A DNA stretch of 64,000 nt from a virus, in IMG/VR virus record IMGVR_UViG_3300042898_002099. One strand, written 5' to 3'. Below, piece after piece: positions 18,918-28,798 of the stretch; the first letter of the stretch is position 1; each line of letters begins with the position of its first letter. A program made the translations under genes and the position numbers. Below the pieces are notes generated by a model. That model was not told the origin of the DNA. It searched no databases and saw only the letters and a program-made list of their open reading frames with translations.

Positions 18918-21447
18918 AACCTAGATTTACCAATTTATTGTATTTAGATTGATGGTTCACAAATGTTTGAACACTTGCGCCCCTTGATTGTACCAATGCG
19001 CCTTTGTCAGATAAGAACGCAACGTGTATCCATGCAACTCTAATTTTATCTGTGCCGGCATATGTTTCATATTCTAAAAGAACTTGTCTGTGAGGAACAT
19101 TTGCTGTAATCCATGCGGCAATATCTTTAATATCGCTAATTTTTCTATTTGGCCAAACTAAATCTGCAGCAGCACCTATTCCATGATCACTACCATTTGT
19201 GCCAATTCTAAAACCGCTACTAATAATCATACCTGGATATTTTGCATTAATCGGCTCTAAAACATTTTCCGCCAACTGTATTAGATTACAAACAATATCT
19301 TGCTCCTGTAATCCTCGTTGTGCTTGTAAGGCTGGTCCAAATTTCCCAACTAACAAATTACCAAGTGTAAACGATTTTGATAATTTAAATGATCGAGGAA
19401 AACTGTTATTAAACTTAGTGCATATCTCACAATCTGCTTGTAATATTTTTGCGTTTGATACTACACCAATGCTTCTAGCAAACAAGTCTCCTGCTTTAGG
19501 AGTTAGTTGAATATTATTTGATATTTCACCTGCCGCTTCTCTTTGTTTATTATATGCATCTGCTTCTGGCTCGCCGGAATCTAATAAGAATGAATCATCA
19601 TTTAAAGCTTTTCTTTGTAATACTGGTATTTGTGTAGTGTTGGGTGTCTTCTTTGTTGGTGGTGTTAATACACTTAATGCAATTGCTTTTATAATATTTG
19701 CACCCATTTTTGTTTTTACTATTGCAGCATCAATTAATACTGTTAATCCACCCTTCAAACTTAATGTGCCAGTAGAACTAGACTGAAGATTTAAATCTGA
19801 ACTAGATTTAATATTAATTGCTCCACCACTAGATCTCATACTTATGCTTTTGCCTTGTATGTTGATAGCTCCTTCTGATGCAATATCTAAACCTTTTTTT
19901 GCAGTTACAATTGCTGTATCTGCAACTACAGCTATGTTGCCTGCGGATTGAACTAAAGTATCGCCGCGCCCTGTTACTGACAAATCACCTTCTACTTCTA
20001 TAACAGCATTGTCCTTAACTAATATACTTGTTTTGCCTTCCACGGTTAAACAATGCGCACCCTTAACATAAACAAAATTATTACGATCCATTATCTCATA
20101 ATTTTCGCCTACTGTTTTCCTGACCATTGACCCATTTACATCTATTTCAATATAGGTTCCTTTTTTGTGGAATACCTGTATTCTTTCAGCGTTAGGTGTA
20201 CTATCTATTTCTATAACATGACCAGCTTCTGTTTCTATTACTTGATTATATGGGTAATTGCCCGCAAATGCTGGATCAGGCTCATCCCAAGTTTGAGATG
20301 TTCTAGCCAATTGTATATTTTCTATCTTATTATTTTCTTTTACCTGAAAAGATAAATGAGACCTATCACCTACTGCAAGTTTATTAACATCGGATAACCC
20401 GGCATACTCAAATTTTGGATATTTTTTATTGGGATCTTCAAACCCCTTTGCCTTAGCTAAATCTTCATTATTTAATGTAGATGTATTTGGTAAATAGTTA
20501 CCCGCTTCTTCATATGTTCTAAAAAACTCTGTAGAGTCACCGCCCAATATAGAATTGCCAACGATAAAAAAGTCTCTTGCCTTTGTACCAGCATATGTTT
20601 TTTTATCTAACTTGTCAGAATTTTTTGCTCCCATTACGTGAGCAGATGCTAACAACCCACCTACAACTTGATAGTTATCTGTTTCTTTTACCTTGCCCAA
20701 TCTGACTAACGTATCATAGTTACTTTTCGTATAATCAAACATTGCTGTTTCTTGAACACTTGTACTAGCTAAAAAATCACTTTTAGATTTTATGCCGCCT
20801 TTGTTTGTCCAATTTAAATTGTTGTCTGCTATATCACTAGTGATAATTCCCCCAGGCGGTCTTCGTAAATATCCAAGATCAATTAGCGTAGATAGTGATA
20901 ACTGATATTTTCCCAATTCTCCACTATCACCAACTTTAGTGTAAACACCCGCTGATAAAGTATCGCCTATTGCTTTAGTTAATTTTGTTAAGTCTTGAGA
21001 CTTTAAAGGTAATAAAGTTTCCGTGGCATCTAATTGTACTGCATCATTCTTAATAGCATTGCCCAATGGATCATATACTATATTATTTCTACTGTCTTTT
21101 AGTGTGTTTGTTTCTATACTTGCTTGAACCTGTTTTGCTTTTGTTTCTGCATTTGACGATGGTTTGCCTGCAATCGTTCCCATCATTACAGGTTGTTGTG
21201 CCTCCTCACCATCTAAAAACCAACCCACAACCCAAGAGCCAGTTACTATTCCTATCGGTGTTGTTCCAACTCCTGATGCTGCCGCCGAAGTTATTGGTTG
21301 TATAGGTATAGCCCATGGCAAGTCTTTTGTCGGTAATATTGTTATGTCATCAGTGTGGTATCCAAATATTCTAACTCGGCAACGACCAAGTTTTTCGGGA
21401 TCGTCTCTACTCTCAACAACACCTGACCACCAAACCATTTCTTTCAT
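18916..21447 (-). CDS. gp5: Baseplate hub/spike gp5 with lysozyme-like insert and C-terminal peptidase M15 domain
   Basis: OB-fold WW.GVVE.R.DP.KLGRCRVRIFGYH...LPWA; YPYN.V.ETE.GH..EID.TP..ERI...H..GT; insert GKYQ...QE.AM...LASAH.MG; C-term SGFR...SDH..G.AAD...WIHV. Confidence 0.9.
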   Translation of the reverse strand: MKEMVWWSGVVESRDDPEKLGRCRVRIFGYHTDDITILPTKDLPWAIPIQPITSAAASGVGTTPIGIVTGSWVVGWFLDGEEAQQPVMMGTIAGKPSSNAETKAKQVQASIETNTLKDSRNNIVYDPLGNAIKNDAVQLDATETLLPLKSQDLTKLTKAIGDTLSAGVYTKVGDSGELGKYQLSLSTLIDLGYLRRPPGGIITSDIADNNLNWTNKGGIKSKSDFLASTSVQETAMFDYTKSNYDTLVRLGKVKETDNYQVVGGLLASAHVMGAKNSDKLDKKTYAGTKARDFFIVGNSILGGDSTEFFRTYEEAGNYLPNTSTLNNEDLAKAKGFEDPNKKYPKFEYAGLSDVNKLAVGDRSHLSFQVKENNKIENIQLARTSQTWDEPDPAFAGNYPYNQVIETEAGHVIEIDSTPNAERIQVFHKKGTYIEIDVNGSMVRKTVGENYEIMDRNNFVYVKGAHCLTVEGKTSILVKDNAVIEVEGDLSVTGRGDTLVQSAGNIAVVADTAIVTAKKGLDIASEGAINIQGKSISMRSSGGAINIKSSSDLNLQSSSTGTLSLKGGLTVLIDAAIVKTKMGANIIKAIALSVLTPPTKKTPNTTQIPVLQRKALNDDSFLLDSGEPEADAYNKQREAAGEISNNIQLTPKAGDLFARSIGVVSNAKILQADCEICTKFNNSFPRSFKLSKSFTLGNLLVGKFGPALQAQRGLQEQDIVCNLIQLAENVLEPINAKYPGMIISSGFRIGTNGSDHGIGAAADLVWPNRKISDIKDIAAWITANVPHRQVLLEYETYAGTDKIRVAWIHVAFLSDKGALVQSRGASVQTFVNHQSKYNKLVNLG

Positions 21448-22790
21448 TTCTGCACCTCTTTACTTAGAAAAGAATTTCTAGTAACATCCATTGTAATATA
21501 ATGCGTTCTAAGATTGATTTTATGTGATAAACTTGTAATCAAATAGTAACCTGAATACAACAGATCATCTACATATTCAGTTTTATCTTCTTCAGTTAAG
21601 GCTCCGCCTTTTTTCTTTGGCACTCTAACTTGTATAATGTTACCTGCTTCTACATCTGTTCTTCCGGGTATTACCAGTTCCATTTTTAAATTATCCAGTT
21701 CTACCAAATTTGATCGTCTATTACCAAAGATATTTTTATATTTTACATCAAAATTTTCTGGATTATCATTGTGTAGTTTTGAATAACTAAAATTTATATC
21801 GACATATGATAATGCGTTTCTTACAATTGCTGGATCAAATATTGGTGTAGATTTTGTCCCATCCATATGATTGTATTTTGAGAATTCTGTGCCGTGATCG
21901 TAATCAACATTTGTAAATTTTTTATTATATAAATCCACATCGATTATTCTATTGGACAAATAACCAGACATAGAATTATCTAACTGATCAAATGATTTAC
22001 TAACACTTAAATTTTTAATTGCGTACATAGATTTATGCCGCTCATCAGTTGTAAGTGAATTAATAAAAGACTGAGAGTAAATATATTCGCCTATACTTAA
22101 TTCTGCGGGGTTTTTAAATAACGCGCCAATGTTACCAAAATAAAATCCTTTGGTAGTTTCCCAAAATAAGTAATTTGCTGGTTCATTATTCTTAGGAAAA
22201 GTTTTGCTCGCAATCCAATTGATACATTCTACGGGTGTCCATCCTGGACTTACAAATTTTATAGTATTTGATGACTCACCAAATATTACTAAAGGTGTTT
22301 TTACCTTACCAAGTTCAGAAGTATCTAACGCAACATTTCTATCAGCTTGCATATAATCTAGATATATTCTCGCAACCAATTCTTCAGGTGTACCTTCAAA
22401 TCCTTTAAAGATTGGATTGAGTACATCATTAAATGTTTCTATAGATGCAAAATTTAATTGGTATACCAAAGTACTACCATCATTATAATATTTTTTGTCT
22501 TCTAATCCATATACTTTAAATGCTTTAGATATTGCATCTTTATCATCTAGACTAGGAGTTTTTACTGTTATAATTAAATACTCTTCACCCAACAACGCAA
22601 ATTCTTCTGCAAGATTTCTGCTGTCAGATAAAGTTAACGTACCAGATACACCTGGTGCAAATATACTTTCGTAAATATTTAATTCAATCAAGTAATCTGT
22701 GAGATTGACATACTTACCTTGTGTAATAGATACTAGAACAAGATTTTGTATTAATACTTCACCAGGTGTTTGTAGAACTTCTTCAAGCAT
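21444..22790 (-). CDS. Putative baseplate hub / tail protein (gp27-like)
   Basis: LNIYESIF, YLFWET.KGF.F, PGR.D..AG, YSG.YLIT...H; lies between gp53 and gp5. Confidence 0.6.
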   Translation of the reverse strand: MLEEVLQTPGEVLIQNLVLVSITQGKYVNLTDYLIELNIYESIFAPGVSGTLTLSDSRNLAEEFALLGEEYLIITVKTPSLDDKDAISKAFKVYGLEDKKYYNDGSTLVYQLNFASIETFNDVLNPIFKGFEGTPEELVARIYLDYMQADRNVALDTSELGKVKTPLVIFGESSNTIKFVSPGWTPVECINWIASKTFPKNNEPANYLFWETTKGFYFGNIGALFKNPAELSIGEYIYSQSFINSLTTDERHKSMYAIKNLSVSKSFDQLDNSMSGYLSNRIIDVDLYNKKFTNVDYDHGTEFSKYNHMDGTKSTPIFDPAIVRNALSYVDINFSYSKLHNDNPENFDVKYKNIFGNRRSNLVELDNLKMELVIPGRTDVEAGNIIQVRVPKKKGGALTEEDKTEYVDDLLYSGYYLITSLSHKINLRTHYITMDVTRNSFLSKEVQK

Positions 22791-23398
22791 TATGTTTGTA
22801 TTAATTTCTTATAGTTAGTTAAAACTTCTTGCACAATTTCCGGTTTTAATATTTTAATATTTCTATAACCTTCATTTTTATTTTGTTCAATTTCAAAATT
22901 ACTTTCAAATTGAACTATTGTATTTGAGGTTTGATATGATATTGGTGTATTAATTGCATCAGGATCTGTATCTTCAAATAGTATTCTAATTGGGTCTTTA
23001 TGTGTAGATTCTTCATCAAGAACAAAAAATGTTTCTACCTGATATCCTTTTGCATTTACCGCTCTATTAATAGTAAAAACATTTTGATCTGATCCATATT
23101 TGTCGGAAACAACTTTAAATAAATTTTCTTCAGACAACGGCCATTCAAATCTAGGATCAATTACATTATTAACCATTAATATTAGCCAATGTAAATTTTG
23201 TGTACCATAAAATCTATATGAAATATCTTCGGGAGTTTCGCCGTGAAGAACTTCATAAGTTTCATAGAACGAAGAGTTTTCTTGATATTCTTTAGATAGT
23301 ATAACTCTTTTAAAAATGTCTACTACAACCTGTTCGCTGTCATAATCATCTAGTGTATATGATATCCTTGGGAAGCTTTCGAAAAAATTAGTAGCCAT
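22790..23398 (-). CDS. gp53: Baseplate wedge subunit gp53
   Basis: FF..FP.I.Y, GETPE.IS..FYG...HWLIL..N..IDP..EWP, NE..R.IK.LKP. Confidence 0.9.
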   Translation of the reverse strand: MATNFFESFPRISYTLDDYDSEQVVVDIFKRVILSKEYQENSSFYETYEVLHGETPEDISYRFYGTQNLHWLILMVNNVIDPRFEWPLSEENLFKVVSDKYGSDQNVFTINRAVNAKGYQVETFFVLDEESTHKDPIRILFEDTDPDAINTPISYQTSNTIVQFESNFEIEQNKNEGYRNIKILKPEIVQEVLTNYKKLIQT

Positions 23399-24530
23399 TT
23401 TCTTCTATTCCTTCAGAAGTCATTTGTTCTAGTTCTTTGAATGTTAAATTAATACCAACTTCAACAGGAGACCCATCTTCAAATGTTGCAAATTGATCGC
23501 CGCCATACTCTACCGACATATCTGTTAATGCACATTTGGCAAATTTATTAATATAATTATTTTCTTTGTCTTTAAAATAATATTGAATATCAAATTCCGA
23601 TGGATAAATGTAGAATAATTTTCCGCTAGTCAATTCCGGATGCATATGTATTTTAAGCATCTCAATTATTTTAAATACTTTTTGACTTTCACTTTTATTC
23701 TTTGGGAAAAATTTATATCTAAAGTTAAATGTTCTATAATCTACAGATTCAAAAAGAACTTCTCTAAAAGGATTTGTTTTTGTTCTTGAAGATAACTCTC
23801 TCAAATCATTTAAAGTTCCACCAGCACGATTACCTAATTGTGGTAGTTTAACTAATTCGCTCAAGAACCTTGCTTGTATTTCTTTTGACATATCGCCAAG
23901 AGCACCCCTTGTTGCTGCAGCAGACCCTTCGACTAACATACCTGTTAAGGCGCCCATATCCATATCACCATAATTTACACCATATTTTACAGATGGTCTT
24001 TCTTCAACGTGTAATGTAATTACTTCTTTTAGCCTTAGTGTTGATCCAGATGAAAATGGTTCATAATTCATTTTATCTATCATATTAGTAATAAGCCTTG
24101 CACCGCCACCTGCAATTGCCGATCTTTTTAGTGTGTCAAATATTTTAGATCTCATACCAACACTTGCCAAAAAGGCACCTGCAGCCGCAATCTTACCCGC
24201 GTTGTCTTTTACTGTTGTTACCCCTGCCTCTGCCGCAGATTGCGTTATTCTAGAAGTATTTTCATTTAACGCATCTATTCTTTTTTGTTCGTCTATACTT
24301 ACAAGATGATCGGAAAACTGTGCTCTTTTTCCCTGGGTGCTTTTTTCACGTACATTAATGTAAAATGCAACATAATGCTGTAAATCCGGTTTTACTCGCA
24401 ACCCTTCCGGATATTCAAAGGTACCAATATTGTACCCTCGTATTTGATCTTGATTCTTATACGGTGCTTCATTTTGTTTTCTACCCTCAGATACTACATC
24501 AGAAGGGGGAGTAAATTGAGATTGGGCCAT
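23388..24530 (-). CDS. gp48: Baseplate tail tube cap gp48 (start revised to ATG 24530)
   Basis: NPFREVLFESVD.RTF.F.YKFFPKN..ES, YP.EF.I.Y, C.LT.MSV.Y, L.F.ELE; a late promoter lies between 24530 and the track's start. Confidence 0.85.
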   Translation of the reverse strand: MAQSQFTPPSDVVSEGRKQNEAPYKNQDQIRGYNIGTFEYPEGLRVKPDLQHYVAFYINVREKSTQGKRAQFSDHLVSIDEQKRIDALNENTSRITQSAAEAGVTTVKDNAGKIAAAGAFLASVGMRSKIFDTLKRSAIAGGGARLITNMIDKMNYEPFSSGSTLRLKEVITLHVEERPSVKYGVNYGDMDMGALTGMLVEGSAAATRGALGDMSKEIQARFLSELVKLPQLGNRAGGTLNDLRELSSRTKTNPFREVLFESVDYRTFNFRYKFFPKNKSESQKVFKIIEMLKIHMHPELTSGKLFYIYPSEFDIQYYFKDKENNYINKFAKCALTDMSVEYGGDQFATFEDGSPVEVGINLTFKELEQMTSEGIEENGY

Positions 24531-24539
24531 GTCTGTGGT

Positions 24540-24547
24540 AATAAATA
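24540..24547 (+). promoter_or_regulatory. T4-type late promoter (AATAAATA) for gp4 operon
   Basis: 26 nt upstream of gp4 ATG. Confidence 0.55.
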
Positions 24548-24562
24548 TTGTTGGATCATAAT

Positions 24563-24570
24563 TATTTATA
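24563..24570 (-). promoter_or_regulatory. T4-type late promoter TATAAATA for gp48 operon
   Basis: Exact consensus 32 nt upstream of revised gp48 ATG. Confidence 0.75.
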
Positions 24571-24573
24571 TAG

Positions 24574-25029
24574 ATGACGTATACCAAAACCTACAAGGGC
24601 AAATTTAGAGTCGATAATCCCGGCAAATATAAGGGCGATATAAGCAATATTGTTTATAGATCTCTATGGGAATTGCGATTTATGAAATGGTGCGATAAGA
24701 ACCAATCTGTAGAGGAATGGGGCTCTGAGACCGTGATTGTGCCCTACATATCGCCGATTGATAGGAAAGCACATAGATATTTTGTTGACTTTTATGTTAA
24801 AGTTAGGAACAAAAATGGTGCTCTTCAGAAGTATCTAATAGAAATTAAGCCCGAGAGGTTCACAAAACCTCCGGCAATACCAAAGAAAAAGACTAAAAGA
24901 TTTATAGACGAAGTCTTTCAATATAGCGTAAATGACGCAAAATGGAAAGCTGCTTTTGAATTTTGTAAAGATAGAAACATGACTTTTATGATATTAACAG
25001 AAAAAGACCTAGGGATAATTAATGGCTGA
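24574..25029 (+). CDS. gp4: Head completion nuclease gp4
   Basis: YKG...NIVYRSLWE..FM.WCD, W.SE...PY.SP.D...HRYF.DF, EIKP, N.AKW.AA. Confidence 0.95.
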   Translation: MTYTKTYKGKFRVDNPGKYKGDISNIVYRSLWELRFMKWCDKNQSVEEWGSETVIVPYISPIDRKAHRYFVDFYVKVRNKNGALQKYLIEIKPERFTKPPAIPKKKTKRFIDEVFQYSVNDAKWKAAFEFCKDRNMTFMILTEKDLGIING

Positions 25030-25597
25030 TAACATTTTTAAAACAGTTAATATGAAAGCTGGCGATGCCCAGAAATCATACACTTGGTATAGAAATCAGG
25101 TCAGAAACTTAGGTTCTGGCGTGTCGGGTTTACAGTTAATACGTAACGAAACTTTAACTAATAGAATAAAACCGGGTGAAATGTACTTGTTTATGTATGA
25201 TCCAAAGCATAAAGATACGTTGCCATACTATGACACAATGCCATTGGTACTTCCTTTTAAACAATTACCCGATGGTTTTTTAGGTATTAATTTACACTAT
25301 TTGCCTTATCTAGCTAGATTTAATTTATTGGGCGCACTCAGTAAATTAGCAACAGATAAGAACATGGATGAAAAAACACGAATACAAATTTCGTGGCAAA
25401 TATTAAACAGTTCTACAAAATATCTAGCCGCAACTGCGTGCGTGAAGCATTATCTAAACGATCATTTAAGAACAAGATTTTTAAAAATAGATTATCGCGA
25501 TTGGGTAACAGCGGCAATGTTGCCAGTTGAAAACTTCAAGAAAGCAAAGAAAGAAGTTGTATGGCAAGAAACAAAAAACAAATTCAAGTGGTATTAA
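25022..25597 (+). CDS. gp2: DNA end protector gp2
   Basis: GEMY.F.YDPKHK.TLPYYD..PL, GF.GINLHYLP. Confidence 0.93.
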   Translation: MADNIFKTVNMKAGDAQKSYTWYRNQVRNLGSGVSGLQLIRNETLTNRIKPGEMYLFMYDPKHKDTLPYYDTMPLVLPFKQLPDGFLGINLHYLPYLARFNLLGALSKLATDKNMDEKTRIQISWQILNSSTKYLAATACVKHYLNDHLRTRFLKIDYRDWVTAAMLPVENFKKAKKEVVWQETKNKFKWY

Positions 25598-26305
25598 ATG
25601 GCTAATTTTTCTCTAAAACGATTTCAAGCGGAAGTAAGACAACGAGGTCTTGCTAAACAAAACAGATTTGAAATACTGTTTCCTATACCTGCAGGATTAC
25701 AAAGAGTATTTAAAGATATTCAAATTGTAAATATGTTCTGCGAATCTACAAGTTTACCGCCTCAAAATATAAGCGTTAAAACTCAAAGAATTTACGGGCC
25801 GGTTTATCAGAGGCCTGTTAGTGCGGACTACGGCGGAGAAGGTATAACTATGACCTTCTTATTAGATCAGCAAATGGATATTAAAGCATTATTTGACGCT
25901 TGGCTGGGAATCGTTGTTGATCCAAAACAATACTTTGTGCACTATCAAAGCGATTATGTTGTACCTATTGAAATTATGCAACTTAACGAAAAAGATGAAA
26001 TAACATATTCTGCATTGTTAGAAGATGCTTTTCCTAGAAACTATACGTTACTCGAATTGAATCAAAGTTCAACAAATAGCTTTCATAAACTAAGTGTAAC
26101 CTTTGTTTATAGAAGATGGTCGCCTAACCACAGAATAACAAATGGTATAACATATTCTGATATTATGGCTTCAATCACACCTACAGTAATTGGATCTGTA
26201 CCAAATCCTGCATATGGTTTAGAGAAAGAACAGGGATGGTATTCAAGCTCAAGAGTAACTGCACCTAAACCGCAAACTGAAGATATGATAAATGGACTTT
26301 TATAA
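25598..26305 (+). CDS. gp54: Baseplate tail tube initiator gp54-like (tail tube fold)
   Basis: GLA..NRF, C....LP, F..W, AFP, L.V.F.YR.W. Confidence 0.7.
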   Translation: MANFSLKRFQAEVRQRGLAKQNRFEILFPIPAGLQRVFKDIQIVNMFCESTSLPPQNISVKTQRIYGPVYQRPVSADYGGEGITMTFLLDQQMDIKALFDAWLGIVVDPKQYFVHYQSDYVVPIEIMQLNEKDEITYSALLEDAFPRNYTLLELNQSSTNSFHKLSVTFVYRRWSPNHRITNGITYSDIMASITPTVIGSVPNPAYGLEKEQGWYSSSRVTAPKPQTEDMINGLL

Positions 26306-26321
26306 TTAAACTGGAGAAATT

Positions 26322-27014
26322 ATGGCATTACCTAAATTAGAAACCCCAACATATGAATTGATTTTACCCTCTAGCGGAGAAAAAATTAAATACAGACCAT
26401 TCTTAGTTAAAGAATATAAAATACTTCTTACGGCTTTAGAATCAGATGGTGAGGAGATACACAGGATTATAACAGAGTTGGTTGATGTTTGCACATTCAA
26501 TAAACTAAAGATAGACACACTACCAAATTTTGATATTGAATATATTTTCTTAAATTTAAGAGCTAAGTCTGTAGGTGAAAATACTAATCTAACATTACAA
26601 TGTAATAATTGCGAAAACAAAATAAATTTTGAATTGGATATTACCAAAGCAGAAGTTAAAAAAGATCCAGCACATACTACAAAGATATTGATATCGGATA
26701 AAATTGGATTGGAAATGCGATATCCAAAATTTGACGAAATGATTATAATATATCAAAATTTTAAATCTGAAAGTGTTGTTGAGCTTCTTTGCTCTTGTAT
26801 TAAGTCTGTTTATACTGACGAACAATTATACGATGATTATACTAAAGAAGAATTAATAGAATTTGTTAACTCTTTTTCAAAGAATCAATTTTCAATGCTA
26901 GAACAATTCTTTATCACTATGCCAAAAGTAGTACAACATATTGAACAAGATTGTCCAGCATGCGGTGCCCACAACGAATTAAATCTGGAGGGCCTGCAGA
27001 ATTTTTTCGTCTAA
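26322..27014 (+). CDS. gp26: Baseplate hub assembly chaperone gp26
   Basis: MALPKL.TPTYEL.LPS...IKYRPFLVKE.K.LL, FDIEY.FL.LRAKSVGE, CxxC pairs, LEGL..FF. Confidence 0.93.
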   Translation: MALPKLETPTYELILPSSGEKIKYRPFLVKEYKILLTALESDGEEIHRIITELVDVCTFNKLKIDTLPNFDIEYIFLNLRAKSVGENTNLTLQCNNCENKINFELDITKAEVKKDPAHTTKILISDKIGLEMRYPKFDEMIIIYQNFKSESVVELLCSCIKSVYTDEQLYDDYTKEELIEFVNSFSKNQFSMLEQFFITMPKVVQHIEQDCPACGAHNELNLEGLQNFFV

Positions 27015-27193
27015 CTCTTTCACACGAAGGTCTGGTTAACTATTATCAATTAAATTTTTCGCTTATCAATAATCACAATTATTCGTTATCCGAATTAGAA
27101 AATATGATTCCGTGGGAAAGAGATATTTACGTTACTATGTTAATAAATTATGTCAATGAACAAAATGAGAAACTTAAACACAAAAAAATCTAG
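27002..27193 (+). CDS. gp51: Baseplate hub assembly protein gp51 (no ATG before the conserved region; possibly reached by -1 frameshift from gp26)
   Basis: SHE.L.NYY..NF.L...H.YSL.ELENMIPWERDIYV..L. Confidence 0.85.
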   Translation, partial: FFRLTLSHEGLVNYYQLNFSLINNHNYSLSELENMIPWERDIYVTMLINYVNEQNEKLKHKKI

Positions 27194-27201
27194 GCAAATA
27201 A

Positions 27202-28755
27202 ATGTTACCTCAAAACTCGTTAAGCAATTCTGATAGACAAATATTAGATACAATAAAATCTCAGAATACGCATCTTGATGCTCAGACTAGAGTGTTGCAT
27301 ACTTTGTCTGATTCTATAATGAGCTTTAAACGAGATCAAAAGAAAGATTATAATTCTTTGCGTAATGATATAAAAACTATGCAAAGAGAGTTCTTTACTG
27401 GCAATGCAAAGGGAATGACTGATATTAAGAAATATTTTGAAAAGACTAAGAATACCAGACCAGAAACATCATTCAATAAAGAAAAAGATACTGATAAAGG
27501 TTTCTTCAAATCTGCAATAAACAAGTTATTTGGACCATCTAAGTATCAACAAAAGATGATGGATGAAATTTCAATGGTTAGAGAAATTTCTGAAATACAA
27601 GCAACAGACATTGGTTTTATTAAAAAACAATATGAAGAAGGTCCTCGCGCGCGAGAAAGAGAATTGTTGGCACAAGCTATTGCTAGTAAATTAGATTTAA
27701 ATGGTGGCGACAGCAGTAAGGGTATGTTGGGAATGTTAGGCGCTGGTATTATAAGTGCTCTTGGTGGTATTTTAGGAAGTCTTGGTGGTATCATTACGGC
27801 AGCAATTGCAGCAGGTTTTGCAATACTAAAAGGATTAATTGAAGCATTATTAGGATCTAAAGGATTGCCTGGAGGGTTGCCCGACGACGCTGATCGTAAT
27901 AAAAAGGGAAAAGATGGCAGAGGCCCAATACCCACGGAAGAACCTGGTAAAGTGCCTACACCTGGCGGCCCTATACCTTCACCTACACCTGGTGGTGGTT
28001 CTTCTTCTCCTAGATTACCTGGCCCTAACGTTCCTCAATTACCTGGGCCAGAAAAAACCGGTAACCCAATAGAAGACAGAATGCGAGAACGTGCACAGCA
28101 AAGAGCAGGTGGAGTCACGGACGTAAAACAAAAAATGCCGGGTATGCCTGGTAAGGCCAAGTTAGCATTAGGTACAGGCATACTGTCAAGATTATTTGCG
28201 GGTTTGTATTCTGGCGATTTGAATGCAAATGATGAAGAAGAATTAAGAAAACGTCAAGAAAAAGGACCAACAATTGATCCAGCTAGCTTAGCTGCCACAG
28301 AAGATTTAACCGGTATACTACAAGCAAATACTGAAAAGACAGTTGAGAGTTCAGATAATATTAATGGCGCCCTAAAGACTGTCATCGAAGGTTTAATAAA
28401 TTTTGAACAGCAAGTAGAAGAAGTGGCTGAGGCTTTTGGTAAAGGTGTAATGGAAAAAGCAATACCTTTTTTGGATAAAGCTGGAGAAATTACTTTATCT
28501 AATGGTCAGTCTATAAATTTATTACCAAATTTAGGAACATCTGCTGCTGAAGTATTAGACCAAATGTATGAAGAAACAAAAGGCTATGCCAAGGCAGGTA
28601 TGGAGGCAACGGCACCCATTATCAATAATATAGTAAATCAAATGACGCCAACCAGCCCAGTATCAATGCCAATGGTTGCGGCAACAGCAGTCGCGGCAGG
28701 TGCAGGTATAACAGCTATATCTCGATATCGCAACCGCGGTGGCCGTATAAGATAG
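27202..28755 (+). CDS. Putative tape measure / gp29-like protein
   Basis: Follows gp26-gp51; coiled-coil N-term, Gly/Ala hydrophobic stretch, Pro-rich linker. Confidence 0.5.
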   Translation: MLPQNSLSNSDRQILDTIKSQNTHLDAQTRVLHTLSDSIMSFKRDQKKDYNSLRNDIKTMQREFFTGNAKGMTDIKKYFEKTKNTRPETSFNKEKDTDKGFFKSAINKLFGPSKYQQKMMDEISMVREISEIQATDIGFIKKQYEEGPRARERELLAQAIASKLDLNGGDSSKGMLGMLGAGIISALGGILGSLGGIITAAIAAGFAILKGLIEALLGSKGLPGGLPDDADRNKKGKDGRGPIPTEEPGKVPTPGGPIPSPTPGGGSSSPRLPGPNVPQLPGPEKTGNPIEDRMRERAQQRAGGVTDVKQKMPGMPGKAKLALGTGILSRLFAGLYSGDLNANDEEELRKRQEKGPTIDPASLAATEDLTGILQANTEKTVESSDNINGALKTVIEGLINFEQQVEEVAEAFGKGVMEKAIPFLDKAGEITLSNGQSINLLPNLGTSAAEVLDQMYEETKGYAKAGMEATAPIINNIVNQMTPTSPVSMPMVAATAVAAGAGITAISRYRNRGGRIR

Positions 28756-28756
28756 G

Positions 28757-28779
28757 AATAGGGCCATAAAGGCCCTATT
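28757..28779. terminator. Likely bidirectional terminator hairpin between convergent operons
   Basis: AATAGGGCC-ATAAA-GGCCCTATT 9-bp inverted repeat. Confidence 0.75.
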
Positions 28780-28798
28780 GGTAATTAGACTTAACTAA

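Noticed and set aside
814-21481. Numerous + strand ORFs (60-150 aa) opposite the structural genes
   Set aside because: Antisense shadows of long - strand genes; no SD or recognisable motifs
26951-27001. Track's TTG start for gp51 (MSSMRCPQ...)
   Set aside because: Overlaps the gp26 zinc-finger codons, has no SD and no similarity to gp51 N-termini
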